This document shows, piece by piece, positions 38,508 to 48,513 of a stretch of DNA of 64,000 bases. Numbering within the stretch: position 1 is the stretch's first letter; each line of letters opens with the position of its first letter. The DNA comes from Nitrospirota bacterium (lineage in GTDB: Bacteria; Nitrospirota; Nitrospiria; SBBL01; JAADHI01): the NCBI GenBank assembly GCA_029261135.1, contig JAJDBX010000013.1, positions 431 through 64,430 on the forward strand, read 5' to 3'. The notes under the pieces were generated by a model. That model had not been told where the DNA came from and did not search any database. It saw nothing but the letters and a program-made list of their open reading frames with translations. The position numbers and the translations under genes were made by a program.

Positions 38508-40156
38508 TCATGTGGTGTGGGATGGGCAGAAGATCTCTCTTAACTCTTTCCCGACAAAAGCGGTACAGGCTGAGGGCATAAAACTTTCAGAAGACGCCTC
38601 CTGCATTTCTTGTTGAACCCGTTCAGGGTAGGGCGCATTCAATAAGCTGCCCGGGGAGAGATACGGAAAGATTTCGTCATACCGGCGAACTTCAGTGGCA
38701 CTCACCCGTCGATGAATATGAGAGCGATTCAATTGTGAAGGATGCCGTAAACCAGAGGCCGCTAAAAGCTCAACAACACTTGTTATCGTCTTTTTATGAA
38801 AATTGGCAACTCGTTTTTCCTTTTCGGACACAACAAGTCCTTTGGTAAAAGCCGGATCTTGCGTCGCAACACCGGTGGGGCATTTGTTGCTGTTGCACTC
38901 TAAGGCTTGGATACAACCTAATGCCAGCATCATTGCTCTGGCCGAGTTACATAAATCCGCCCCAAGTGCAAAATTTTTAACCATATGAAATCCTGTGAAG
39001 ATTTTTCCACTGGCGATCACTTTGATCTCTTTTTTCAAATCAAACCCCATGAGGATATCGATGACAAATGCCAATCCATCTCTTAGCGGTGTTCCAACCG
39101 AATTTGTATATTCCAAAGGGGCTGCGCCTGTGCCGCCTTCGCCACCATCGACCGTAATAAAATCCGGTTTGATCCCGGTTTCCAGCATCGCTTTGCAGAT
39201 TGAGGCAAATTCACTTCGCCTTCCGATGCAAATTTTGAATCCGATCGGTTTTCCAGTGGATAACATCCGTAGCTTCTGTTTAAAGTCCATCATTTCAATC
39301 GGCGTTGAAAAACAAGAATGAACCGGAGGAGAATCGATACGAGTGTGTGGTAACACGCCTCTGATTTCAGCTATTTCCCGTGTATTTTTGTCCGCAGGGA
39401 GAATCCCGCCATGCCCTGGTTTAGCCCCTTGTGAAAGCTTTATTTCGATCATTTTAATGTTTTCGTGGGCAGATCTTTCTTTGAATAAGTCCTCAGAAAA
39501 ATGCCCCGACTTGTCACGGCAGCCAAAATAGCCGGTACCTACTTGCCAAATAAGATCCCCCCTGGCATCAAGTGATAGGGACTGACCGAACCTTCCCCGG
39601 TGTTGTGGGCAAAGCCGCCAATCTTGGAGCCTCCATTAAGCGCTAAAATCGCATTTTGGCTCAAAGCGCCAAAACTCATTGCCGAAATATTCAATAGGCT
39701 GGCGTGATACGGTTTGTCACATTCACTCCCCCCAACCATGACTCTGAGGTCATGGTTGATCTCTTGATCATGCAGGGCACTTAGAGAATGATCCATCCAC
39801 TCATAACCGGTGCGATAGACATTCAACTTCGTCCCGAACGGGACAGTATCACGTTGACCTTTTGCCCTTTGATAAACAACCGAACGAAACATTCGGTTGA
39901 TGGGTGTGCCATCAGTATTTGACTCAACAAAATATTGGTGAATCGGAGGACGAAGTATTTCCATAATCCATCGTCCCCGGCCAATCACTGGGAAATTTCG
40001 CCACAGGGTGTGCTTCGCCTGTAATATGTCATAAATACCGCACAAAATAAGCGGAATGATGACATACATCGACCACAAGATCGGAAACCAGAAATAAGCG
40101 ACGGCACTCACAAAAGAGAGGCTTCCAATAGAATAGATGAAGAATATTTTGCGCAT
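38508..40156 (-). pseudogene. FMN-binding glutamate synthase family protein (YerD-like), frameshifted
   Basis: NISAMSFGALS, HNTGEG, WQVGTGYFGCR, EIKLSQGAKPGHGG, VDGGEGGTGAAP, GCIQALECNSNKCPTG; one G short in the G run at ~39557-39562. Confidence 0.88.
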
Positions 40157-40517
40157 GAAATTCCCTCGTGAGACTAGATCTGTGGTTTACGGCTCAAAAA
40201 TACTCAGTTTAAAAATAAAGGGCTTAAAACCATTACCCCATATATAATATAGCCAAGGGTACATGTCTTTTATATAAGTCAGATAAAAGACAAAATATTT
40301 CTGCAAAGTTTTTTAAGCCGATGATATTATAAAGAGATGTTCTGATTGCGTGTGAAAACTATCGATTTTTATCGAAATCCATAACTTTTGGACTCACCCA
40401 AAAGGGAAGGTTTGTAGGCGCATTCGATAATTTTTGATGTTTAAATTTCTCTTGAATTTAAGGTGAAACATTAAATTCAAGAGTTTAGAGCATGATCAAA
40501 TTTTAAGATGAACTTTT

Positions 40518-41123
40518 TTAAAAACCCACATTCATTATTGGTAAAACAAAATTTCTCTGATGTAAAAATGGCATGATAGATTGAAGCGGTAAACCAATTG
40601 CGGCAAGCACATCGCCCTTTAGTTCACGAATAAACTTTCTCCCAATGCCCTGCACGGCGTAACTTCCCGCCTTATCAAGTGGCTCCCCTGTTTTGATGTA
40701 GGCTTCAATTTCAACATCCGTCATCGGGAACAGGGCCACTTCAATCTTCTCGATAATCGCTTGCGTCGTGCCATCCGAAGTATCAATTAAAAATACAGCC
40801 GTCCAAATATGATGGGTCTTGCCTTGCAGTCGTTGTAAGGTTTCTTTGGCCTTAAGCGGATTTTCGGGTTTTCCGATCTTTTGACTCTGGTATTCAATCA
40901 AGGTATCACTGCCGATGACGATGGCATTTTTTTGATCTAAAGCAACAGACCGGGCCTTGCCTTCTGCAAACAAAAGCGCTTCTTCTTTTGCGCTGAGGCG
41001 AGCATCAGAATCTTCTTCGTATGTGGGTGGGATGACATCAAAGGGAATTTGAAGCCTTGAAAGGATCTCCCGCCTTCGCGGCGAAGTCGAAGCCAGAATG
41101 AGTTTAGCTTGCGACGGGGGCAT
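40518..41123 (-). CDS. maf: Maf nucleotide pyrophosphatase
   Basis: LILASTSPRRREIL, IGSDT, GKPE, EPLDKAGSYAVQG. Confidence 0.93.
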   Translation of the reverse strand: MPPSQAKLILASTSPRRREILSRLQIPFDVIPPTYEEDSDARLSAKEEALLFAEGKARSVALDQKNAIVIGSDTLIEYQSQKIGKPENPLKAKETLQRLQGKTHHIWTAVFLIDTSDGTTQAIIEKIEVALFPMTDVEIEAYIKTGEPLDKAGSYAVQGIGRKFIRELKGDVLAAIGLPLQSIMPFLHQRNFVLPIMNVGF

Positions 41124-42291
41124 CTGATTGCCTTGTGATGTCAGCTGAAACAGGGGCGATCAAGGCTTCATTGCGAAAAGCTTTAATCAGAGTTTCAACT
41201 TCTGTCACATTGCTCGTACGCACCATTTTTGCGCGCAGTGCTTTTGCACCCGGAAAATCCCGGCAATACGATCCGAGGTGTTTCCGCATCCCGTTGAAGA
41301 ATTGCTCACCATACATGGCTTGATAAAGACGCGCGTGCTGAAGCGCGACATAAAAGCGTTCGTGGACATTAACCGTTTTTTGTGCGATCACGCCAGTCGC
41401 CACCTCGCCTTCTTGTTTTTGTTTCAAAAGGGCGCGTGCGATTTCTTTTTTGTGAAAAATCCAAGGGTTTCCCACAGCGGCGCGACCGATCAACACCCCA
41501 TCGACCCCCGTCTGCTTCACCCGGAAAATGACGTCATTCAGTCCCTTTAAATCGCCATTCCCAAGTATGAAGGAACCGGAACCCCGTGCAATCTGGACTG
41601 CTTTGGCAATCATTTCCCAATTGGCTTCTCCCCGGTACCCCTGACGGAGTGTCCGGCCATGAATGGAAATAGCAGCGGGTTTCACTTCAAGTAGATGCTG
41701 AATCCAATCTTCAATCACAATTTCACCCACGCCAATACGTGTTTTCACCGAAACAGGAATGGCTTGCCGTTCCTGTTTGGCGTGCCCACCCGCATCACCC
41801 CGGTATTTTTGAAGCCAATCGCCGACAACAGGATATTTTTCACAAATAGAAAGCGGGGCGCCACTCACCCAGCGCGTGACCCCCTCCCGCGCGGCTTTCA
41901 CAATGGCTTTCGCACGAGGCGGATCTTGAATAAGGGCCGCGCCTGAACCCAATCCCGATACTTTTTTACTGGGGCAGCCCATATTAATATCGAGTCCATC
42001 AAAACCCAATTCGCAAACCAACTGGGCCACATGATAAAAGGTTTCAGGATTGGGCCCGTATATTTGGGCGATGGCGGGGCGCTCCACCGCGTGAAAGGCC
42101 AGACCCATCAGGGCATTCTTCGCACCGTGACAAATCCCCTCGACACTTAAAAATTCGGTCATGATGATATCGGGGCGACCATGAATCGCCATCATACGTC
42201 GAAAACAGGGATCTGTAACCCCATCCATAGGGGAAAGCCCGATAATCGGCTTGGGAAGCTCCTGCCAAAAAGTATTGATTTGTGGGTGCAT
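41104..42291 (-). CDS. tRNA-dihydrouridine synthase (Dus family)
   Basis: LSPMDGVTD, DINMGCPSKKV, VSVKTRIG, IHGRT, GNGD, IGRAAVGNPW, MRKH. Confidence 0.92.
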   Translation of the reverse strand: MHPQINTFWQELPKPIIGLSPMDGVTDPCFRRMMAIHGRPDIIMTEFLSVEGICHGAKNALMGLAFHAVERPAIAQIYGPNPETFYHVAQLVCELGFDGLDINMGCPSKKVSGLGSGAALIQDPPRAKAIVKAAREGVTRWVSGAPLSICEKYPVVGDWLQKYRGDAGGHAKQERQAIPVSVKTRIGVGEIVIEDWIQHLLEVKPAAISIHGRTLRQGYRGEANWEMIAKAVQIARGSGSFILGNGDLKGLNDVIFRVKQTGVDGVLIGRAAVGNPWIFHKKEIARALLKQKQEGEVATGVIAQKTVNVHERFYVALQHARLYQAMYGEQFFNGMRKHLGSYCRDFPGAKALRAKMVRTSNVTEVETLIKAFRNEALIAPVSADITRQSDAPVAS

Positions 42292-42440
42292 CTTAAAATC
42301 TCATTAAAAAGATTAAACCGGGTTTTTATAGCATATCCGCTGAGATGAAGAAAGCCGTCCCAAGCGATTAAAAACCGGACATTATAGGGTGACAAGCGTG
42401 TTCAGGTCATTATAAAATGTGCGTCACTTTGGGAGGGCTT

Positions 42441-43562
42441 ATGGAAAAACAAGGATTTCTAAACGGTTTATCCAATCTAGAGTTAAGACTGATTGAGGTC
42501 TGCCGTGCAATGGCAGAAGATGACAAAGTCTTTGTGAGCGCAATAGACCTGCTGAAAGTCATCGCCCTCAATGACTTTCATTTGGACGAAGAAAGCTTTG
42601 AAGAAGAATGTGAGACACTGAATGCTGAAGTCTTGCCCCTCGACCAATACCCTGAAGAAAGCGTCGGGAAGGCCTATCGTACCCTGCTTCAGATGGGACT
42701 GCCCTGGAGAAAGCGATACCCGCTTTTCAGTTTAAGCGGCATGATTGGCGATTTTCATGATGAAGTCCCTTTCGGACCGGAATCGGTCGAGCTGCGTCTT
42801 TCAAAAACCACACAAGTCCTGTTGCCCATCGATAAAAAACCGCTATTACCCCTTGCCCTTTTAAATGGCGTGAAATTATCAGACGGAAGCGAAGTCCCGC
42901 CTCACAATTTGGAAGAACTCTGGCTCGCCATGGAGCACGTCCGCCAAGAACCCAACTTAACATTGCTGGATTTAATGGAGGTAATTCCAGGGCCTGATTT
43001 TGGGCCGGGTGGCACCGTTTGTGATTTTAATGAGGTCTACACCCTCTATGAAAAAGGCGAAGGATTCATCACATTAAGAGGAGAAATCGATACCATCATT
43101 GATGGTGGTCGCACACGAGTGGCGATTAAATCGCTTCCGCATGGGGTGTTGATTCAGGCCGTTCTAGAACAAATTCGTGCCCTCAGTCTGGAAGAAAACT
43201 TCCCATTTTTCATTTTTAAAGATACATCTCAAGGGATGAATACCCATATCGTGATTGATATGCCCCCCGCACTTTCAGCAGAACAACTCAAATCCGTGCT
43301 TTATCAAAAAACCGATCTAGAGCGATCTATACGTTTTAAGTGTGCCTTCAAAGATAACAAGGCTTGGTTGCTTGAAGGCCCTCTGATTTCTATTTTGAAA
43401 AAAGCGGTTTCCCATTGCACTTCGGCTTGGACACAAAAAGATGGTGGATCTGTTGATGTCGTTCCTTTATTTCGCGACATTATTCGGGTCGGAGGATACA
43501 AAAATCCCATGACAAAACTCACCGATGATCGTCGGACAACTCTTCTTAAAGGTATCTCATGA
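42441..43562 (+). CDS. Truncated GyrA/ParC-like paralog lacking the catalytic tyrosine
   Basis: RYPL, LLNG, VPPHNLEEL, IPGPDFGPGG, GEGFITLRG, SLPHGV, LYQKTDL; PFGPESVELRLS replaces AAMRYTEARL; RBS GGAGG. Confidence 0.8.
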   Translation: MEKQGFLNGLSNLELRLIEVCRAMAEDDKVFVSAIDLLKVIALNDFHLDEESFEEECETLNAEVLPLDQYPEESVGKAYRTLLQMGLPWRKRYPLFSLSGMIGDFHDEVPFGPESVELRLSKTTQVLLPIDKKPLLPLALLNGVKLSDGSEVPPHNLEELWLAMEHVRQEPNLTLLDLMEVIPGPDFGPGGTVCDFNEVYTLYEKGEGFITLRGEIDTIIDGGRTRVAIKSLPHGVLIQAVLEQIRALSLEENFPFFIFKDTSQGMNTHIVIDMPPALSAEQLKSVLYQKTDLERSIRFKCAFKDNKAWLLEGPLISILKKAVSHCTSAWTQKDGGSVDVVPLFRDIIRVGGYKNPMTKLTDDRRTTLLKGIS

Positions 43563-44434
43563 AGGCATTCGTTTTTGCCAATGACCAAAATCCGACACAA
43601 GAGATTAACGGCTTGAGTTATGCCTATCTTCCACTTGAAGGTCGCCCCATACTACTCTACGTCTTGATGGCCTTGGATCGTGTTTCTGATATTGAAGAAA
43701 TTACTGTTGTTGGGTCTCAGAAAAAGATCATGCGGGTGATTGAATCGGTGATGTTTGAGATGCCCTTTCAAAAGACAATTGCTGTTTTGGAACAAAAACC
43801 CACTTTATTTGAAAGTATGGCGGATGTGAACAAAGATCGGGGAGACGGACTTGAAATGCTTTCAGAACCTGCGCTCTTTTTACCAGGAAATATCCCCTAC
43901 CTGACCTCAGCCGAAATTTCGACTTTTATTGCCGCATCGGATATGAGAAAATCTGATGTTTGTCTTTCAATCGCCTCAAAAAATGCCCTCAAATTTTTCG
44001 CTCAAAAAGAAGTCACTCGCCAAAATTCCCCCTCATCAAGTCAGACTGTTCGCCTTGGGAATCTTTTAATTGCACGAAGCGAGTCGCTTTTCAAAAATAT
44101 CGTCTTGAAAACCTTTTATGAACATTTAAAAGAATCAAGCTATGATGCAAAAACATTGGAAGGTTTCTTTAAATACCCAGGATTTAATGATGAAAGCAAG
44201 GCTCAAAAACCTTCCCTGTCTGATCTTGAAGAAAACCTGTCACAATACCTAAACTTAGACTTTAAGTTTTCTGAGACAGTGACCGCTGGAAATACCTTTG
44301 CTGTACGTGATCATAATGCCTATCAATTTGTACAAAGGCAATTTAGTGACTGGCGGGAACAGATTATCGAACTCAAAAGTGAGGACGGGGAACAAATTTG
44401 TTCGATTTCAGGAACCATCTGCGATTCCAGATAA
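43559..44434 (+). CDS. Degenerate NTP-transferase (MobA-like) domain protein
   Basis: AYLPLEGRPILLYVLMAL, IEEITVVG, ALFLPGNIPYLT; lacks the N-terminal LAGG and has N for the usual D; ATGA overlap with the upstream gene. Confidence 0.6.
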   Translation: MKAFVFANDQNPTQEINGLSYAYLPLEGRPILLYVLMALDRVSDIEEITVVGSQKKIMRVIESVMFEMPFQKTIAVLEQKPTLFESMADVNKDRGDGLEMLSEPALFLPGNIPYLTSAEISTFIAASDMRKSDVCLSIASKNALKFFAQKEVTRQNSPSSSQTVRLGNLLIARSESLFKNIVLKTFYEHLKESSYDAKTLEGFFKYPGFNDESKAQKPSLSDLEENLSQYLNLDFKFSETVTAGNTFAVRDHNAYQFVQRQFSDWREQIIELKSEDGEQICSISGTICDSR

Positions 44435-44437
44435 GCT

Positions 44438-45730
44438 TTAGGGGAATAGACCGCGGGCAAGCTTGGCTTTCGCAATTTTTTGGACAGAAAGCATTAAAGC
44501 CGCCAAACGCATATCCACCTTTTCGGTCAAAGAAAGCTGAAGTACGTTGTTAAAAGCCGAGCACACAATCTCACGCAAGCGCTCATTGATTTCCTGCTCT
44601 TTCCAAAAAAAGTTTTGTAAACCCTGAACCCACTCAAAGTATGAAACAGTAACCCCTCCCGCATTCGCTAAGATATCAGGGATAAGGAATAAACCCCGAT
44701 CCTGTAATATTTTGTCGGCGGCAAGTGTGGTGGGACCATTCGCAGCTTCGGCGAGAATTTTACAAGAGATCCGTTCTGCGTTATCGCGTGTAATTTGTTC
44801 TGAAAGGGCTGCAGGCACCAGCACATCACAAGTCAGTTCTAATAGATCTTTGTTGCCAATAGGCTCACTTTCTGTAAAACCCTCAACAAATTGCGTCTTT
44901 TCAACATGGGCTCGTAAGGCAATAATATCCAATCCGTTCGGATTGTAGATGCCAGACTTCACATCACTCACAGCGATCACCTGACAACCTTCTTCATCTA
45001 TAATCTGTGCAGTATTTGCACCCACATTTCCAAAACCCTGAATAACAATTTTTTTCCCTTCAGGTGTCATTTTAAGGTGACGCATCGCTTCCATGATGCA
45101 AAAAACAACACCCCGCCCCGTCGCTTCAGTTCGACCGAGCGACCCCCCGATGTTAATAGGTTTCCCCGTCACGATTCCCGGGATGGAGTAGCCTTTAAAC
45201 TGACTGTACGTGTCCATCATCCAGGCCATAATCTGCTCATTGGTGCCGATATCAGGCGCAGGCACATCCATCTCTGGCCCAATAAACCGGATGATTTCAG
45301 CAGTAAATCGTCGCGTTAATCGCTGGAGTTCATTACGGGAAAGGGCATGTGGGTCACAACGGACACCGCCCTTGGCGCCCCCAAAGGGCAAACCCATCAA
45401 GGCACATTTCCAGGTCATCCACATGGCCAATGCAGAAACCTCACCTAAGTTGACATCAGGATGGAAACGAATGCCTCCCTTAGAAGGACCCAAAGTTGTG
45501 TCGTGGTGAACCCGGTAACCGTGAAACACTTCGACGCTGGCATCATCCAAGCGAATGGGAATATTGACCATGATCGCGCGTTTGGGATCCGTGAAGCGTT
45601 TTCTTAAATTGGGATCGAGTGAAAGTTTATCTGCGGCCTGTTCAAATTGTGCGAGGGCCATTTTGTAAATGGGGGTAAAGTATTCAGGATTATCTCGATG
45701 TTCGTTTCGACGCGGGGTCATCTCTTTCAA
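44438..45730 (-). CDS. gdhA: Glu/Leu/Phe/Val dehydrogenase
   Basis: GPSKGGIRFHP, LPFGGAKGG, DVPAPD, GRTEATGRG, IQGFGNVG, EAANGP, PDILANAGGV. Confidence 0.93.
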   Translation of the reverse strand: MKEMTPRRNEHRDNPEYFTPIYKMALAQFEQAADKLSLDPNLRKRFTDPKRAIMVNIPIRLDDASVEVFHGYRVHHDTTLGPSKGGIRFHPDVNLGEVSALAMWMTWKCALMGLPFGGAKGGVRCDPHALSRNELQRLTRRFTAEIIRFIGPEMDVPAPDIGTNEQIMAWMMDTYSQFKGYSIPGIVTGKPINIGGSLGRTEATGRGVVFCIMEAMRHLKMTPEGKKIVIQGFGNVGANTAQIIDEEGCQVIAVSDVKSGIYNPNGLDIIALRAHVEKTQFVEGFTESEPIGNKDLLELTCDVLVPAALSEQITRDNAERISCKILAEAANGPTTLAADKILQDRGLFLIPDILANAGGVTVSYFEWVQGLQNFFWKEQEINERLREIVCSAFNNVLQLSLTEKVDMRLAALMLSVQKIAKAKLARGLFP

Positions 45731-45841
45731 AGCCCATTAAAAGATAAACTGTCTTTGACTATTCTAGCAGAAATTTTAAAATGAGTGCGGTACTCGGTTT
45801 AAATCGCCAAGATGAGATCTATTTTGTTGGAGATATTTCAT

Positions 45842-46645
45842 TTATTCAGAAAAAAAACGAGGAAGGTCACGAACTGCAATCATTCCAATTAAATCACGAA
45901 CCGAAAGCACTCCAATGATTTCACCCCCTTCACTCACACCCAGGTGGCGAATCCCTTTTGTTTCCATTAGTTCTGTTGCATCTTGGACTGAGGCATTGAT
46001 GTCGATATCGATAATCGGGGTGTTCATAATCACGCCGACAGGCACATCAGAAGCTTTTAGGCCATATCCAATCACTTTCCTAACCAAGTCGGCCTCTGTC
46101 ACAATACCCGTAAAAACCTCTTCTTGCATGACGAATAAACAACCAATTTTTTCCGAAGTCATTTTATGAGCTGCTTGACTCACCGTCGCAGAAGCATTAA
46201 TTGTTTTCACATCCCGATGTGTCAGCGCTGTTAGAGGTTTAATCACGTCCTCAGCATCTTCCATCGGTCCTTTCACCACAGACAAGAAAAACCGCACAAT
46301 ATCACGAACAGAAATCATCCCAATCACTTCCCCGTTTTCGGTGACCGCGAGATGACGAATTTGGTTAAAGTACATCAAGTGATTTGCATCCATGGCCGAT
46401 TTTTCGATATCAACATCGATCAAAGGATGAGTCATCACCAATTCAACGGAGGTGTCGAGGGCCATACTCGTAGGAAAAACCTTTCGGACAAGATCACTGT
46501 CGGTCACAATACCCACGACCTTTCCTTCTATTTCAACAAATACGGATCCGATTTTCCGGTCTCGCATGATGGACCCGGCTTCCTGTATTGTTGATTTTGA
46601 AGGAATCTTAATAATTTCCCGATGAACCAAACGACTGACAGACAT
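45842..46645 (-). CDS. Tandem CBS-pair protein (4 CBS)
   Basis: Two CBS pairs (KIGSVFV..VGIVTDSDL, IRHLAV..GMISVRD, repeated); start 46645 behind AAGGAG. Confidence 0.88.
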   Translation of the reverse strand: MSVSRLVHREIIKIPSKSTIQEAGSIMRDRKIGSVFVEIEGKVVGIVTDSDLVRKVFPTSMALDTSVELVMTHPLIDVDIEKSAMDANHLMYFNQIRHLAVTENGEVIGMISVRDIVRFFLSVVKGPMEDAEDVIKPLTALTHRDVKTINASATVSQAAHKMTSEKIGCLFVMQEEVFTGIVTEADLVRKVIGYGLKASDVPVGVIMNTPIIDIDINASVQDATELMETKGIRHLGVSEGGEIIGVLSVRDLIGMIAVRDLPRFFSE

Positions 46646-46833
46646 ATTCAGCTCCTTTTTAATATGAACGACCAACGAAGCTATTCGAATGGTATCCAAA
46701 TTATCCATAACTGTCAATTCTTTCAGGGGCTTAAGATTGACTTTGATGGGTTTGTTCGGTACATTAATATTCAATATCTGTATCCGTTTGCTTGATTTCT
46801 TGCGATGAACTTTTCCCATGTTGAGGAGGTCTA

Positions 46834-48513
46834 ATGGAACGGCCTTGGTTGTCGTCCTATGAACCCAAAGTCCCTGAATCAATCGAATATCCAAATGTCC
46901 CACTCTGCCAATTTTTAAGCGATTCAGCCAAACGTTACCCTGAAAAAGATGCGCTTTCTTTCTATGGCAATCGGACAAGCTATCGTGTGCTTTTAGAACA
47001 AGCAAATCGGTTTGCAAACGCACTTATCGGGCTTGGGGTTAAAAAAGGTGATCGGGTCGCGATCATGCTTCCCAATATCCCTCAATGCGTTGTCGCCTAC
47101 TACGGGGCTTTAAAAATGGGTGCGGTAGTTGTCATGACCAATCCCCTGTATTTGGATCGGGAGATCCAAATACAGATGTCAGATTCTGGCGCTGAAACCA
47201 TCGTAGCACTCGATTTTTTTTATCCACGCATTGAACCCGTTCTCAAGAAAACCCCGCTCAAAAATATCATTCTGACCTCTGTTCGGGATGCACTTCCCTG
47301 GCTCTTATCCCTCCTTTACCCCCTAAAAGCATGGAAAGAAGGACAGTGGCTTAAGATACGAAAAGTGCCCCCTATTTATGACATGAAATCCTTGATGGCC
47401 TCAGCCGCATCCTCCCCGCCTGCTCAAAAAGTGACATCCTCTGACCTTGCGCTGTTGCAATATACCGGCGGGACAACCGGGACACCGAAAGGCGTCATGC
47501 TCACTCATCGGAACCTCGTTGTGAATGCAATTCAATGTCGGCATTGGATGCCTTCTCTTCAAGAAGGGAAGGAACGCTTCCTCGCAGTGATTCCATTTTT
47601 TCATGTTTACGGAATGTCCGCTTGTATGAATATGGCCATTTTTCTTTCTTCAACCCTTATTTTGCAAGCACGCTTTGTGACCAAAGATGTTCTCAAAGCC
47701 ATACATAAAATGCACCCCACCATTTTTATGGGCGTACAAGCCATGTATGTGGCCATTAACAACTTTCCAAACTTGAAAGATTATGATCTTTCGTCTATTA
47801 AGGCCTGTATTTCCGGTGCGGGGCCACTTCACCAGGAAGTCCAACATCAATTTGAAAAGAATACCGGCGGAAAACTCGTTGAAGGATACGGACTCTCTGA
47901 GGCCTCTCCTGTGACGCATGCCAATCCCATTGATGGACAACGAAATGCCGGATCCATCGGCCTTCCTGTTTCAGATACGCTTGCAAAAATTGTCGATATA
48001 GAAAACACAGATAAAATATTAAATATTGGTGAAGTGGGTGAACTTGTGGTCAAAGGACCCCAGATCATGAAAGGGTATTGGCAACAAGAAGAAGAAACCG
48101 CCCATGTCTTAAAAGACGGCTGGCTCCATACCGGGGATATGGCACGGATGGATGAAGAAGGATTTTTTTATATCGTGGATCGTAAAAAAGACATGATCAA
48201 AACAAAAGGGGAAAATGTATATCCGCGTGAAGTTGAAGAGGTGCTCTTTCAATTCTCCAAAGTACAGGATGCGGTTGTTGTGGGTCTTCCCGATCAGTTT
48301 TCCGGAGAAATCATAAAAGCGTACATCGTACTTAAAACAAATACTTCGGCAACAGAAGCAGACATATTAAACTTCTGCAAAGATAAACTTGCTTCATTTA
48401 AAGTACCTAAAACGATTGAATTCCGGACAGAACTACCGAAAACTATCATCGGGAAAGTTTTAAGACGGGTCCTTCTCAATGAAGAGATGAAAAAATTAGA
48501 AGAGGTCGCATGA
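46834..48513 (+). CDS. fadD: Long-chain fatty acid-CoA ligase
   Basis: YTGGTTGTPKG, EGYGLSE, GWLHTGD, IVDRKKDMI, NVYPREVEEVL; upstream TTGACT-N17-TACATT (46737-46765). Confidence 0.92.
   Translation: MERPWLSSYEPKVPESIEYPNVPLCQFLSDSAKRYPEKDALSFYGNRTSYRVLLEQANRFANALIGLGVKKGDRVAIMLPNIPQCVVAYYGALKMGAVVVMTNPLYLDREIQIQMSDSGAETIVALDFFYPRIEPVLKKTPLKNIILTSVRDALPWLLSLLYPLKAWKEGQWLKIRKVPPIYDMKSLMASAASSPPAQKVTSSDLALLQYTGGTTGTPKGVMLTHRNLVVNAIQCRHWMPSLQEGKERFLAVIPFFHVYGMSACMNMAIFLSSTLILQARFVTKDVLKAIHKMHPTIFMGVQAMYVAINNFPNLKDYDLSSIKACISGAGPLHQEVQHQFEKNTGGKLVEGYGLSEASPVTHANPIDGQRNAGSIGLPVSDTLAKIVDIENTDKILNIGEVGELVVKGPQIMKGYWQQEEETAHVLKDGWLHTGDMARMDEEGFFYIVDRKKDMIKTKGENVYPREVEEVLFQFSKVQDAVVVGLPDQFSGEIIKAYIVLKTNTSATEADILNFCKDKLASFKVPKTIEFRTELPKTIIGKVLRRVLLNEEMKKLEEVA

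Noticed and set aside
42441-43562. Calling it a functional gyrA/parC
   Set aside because: Catalytic RY absent and C-terminal half missing
46646-47023. N-terminal extension of the CBS protein (393-aa ORF)
   Set aside because: Overlaps fadD antisense and its promoter; a good RBS precedes ATG 46645
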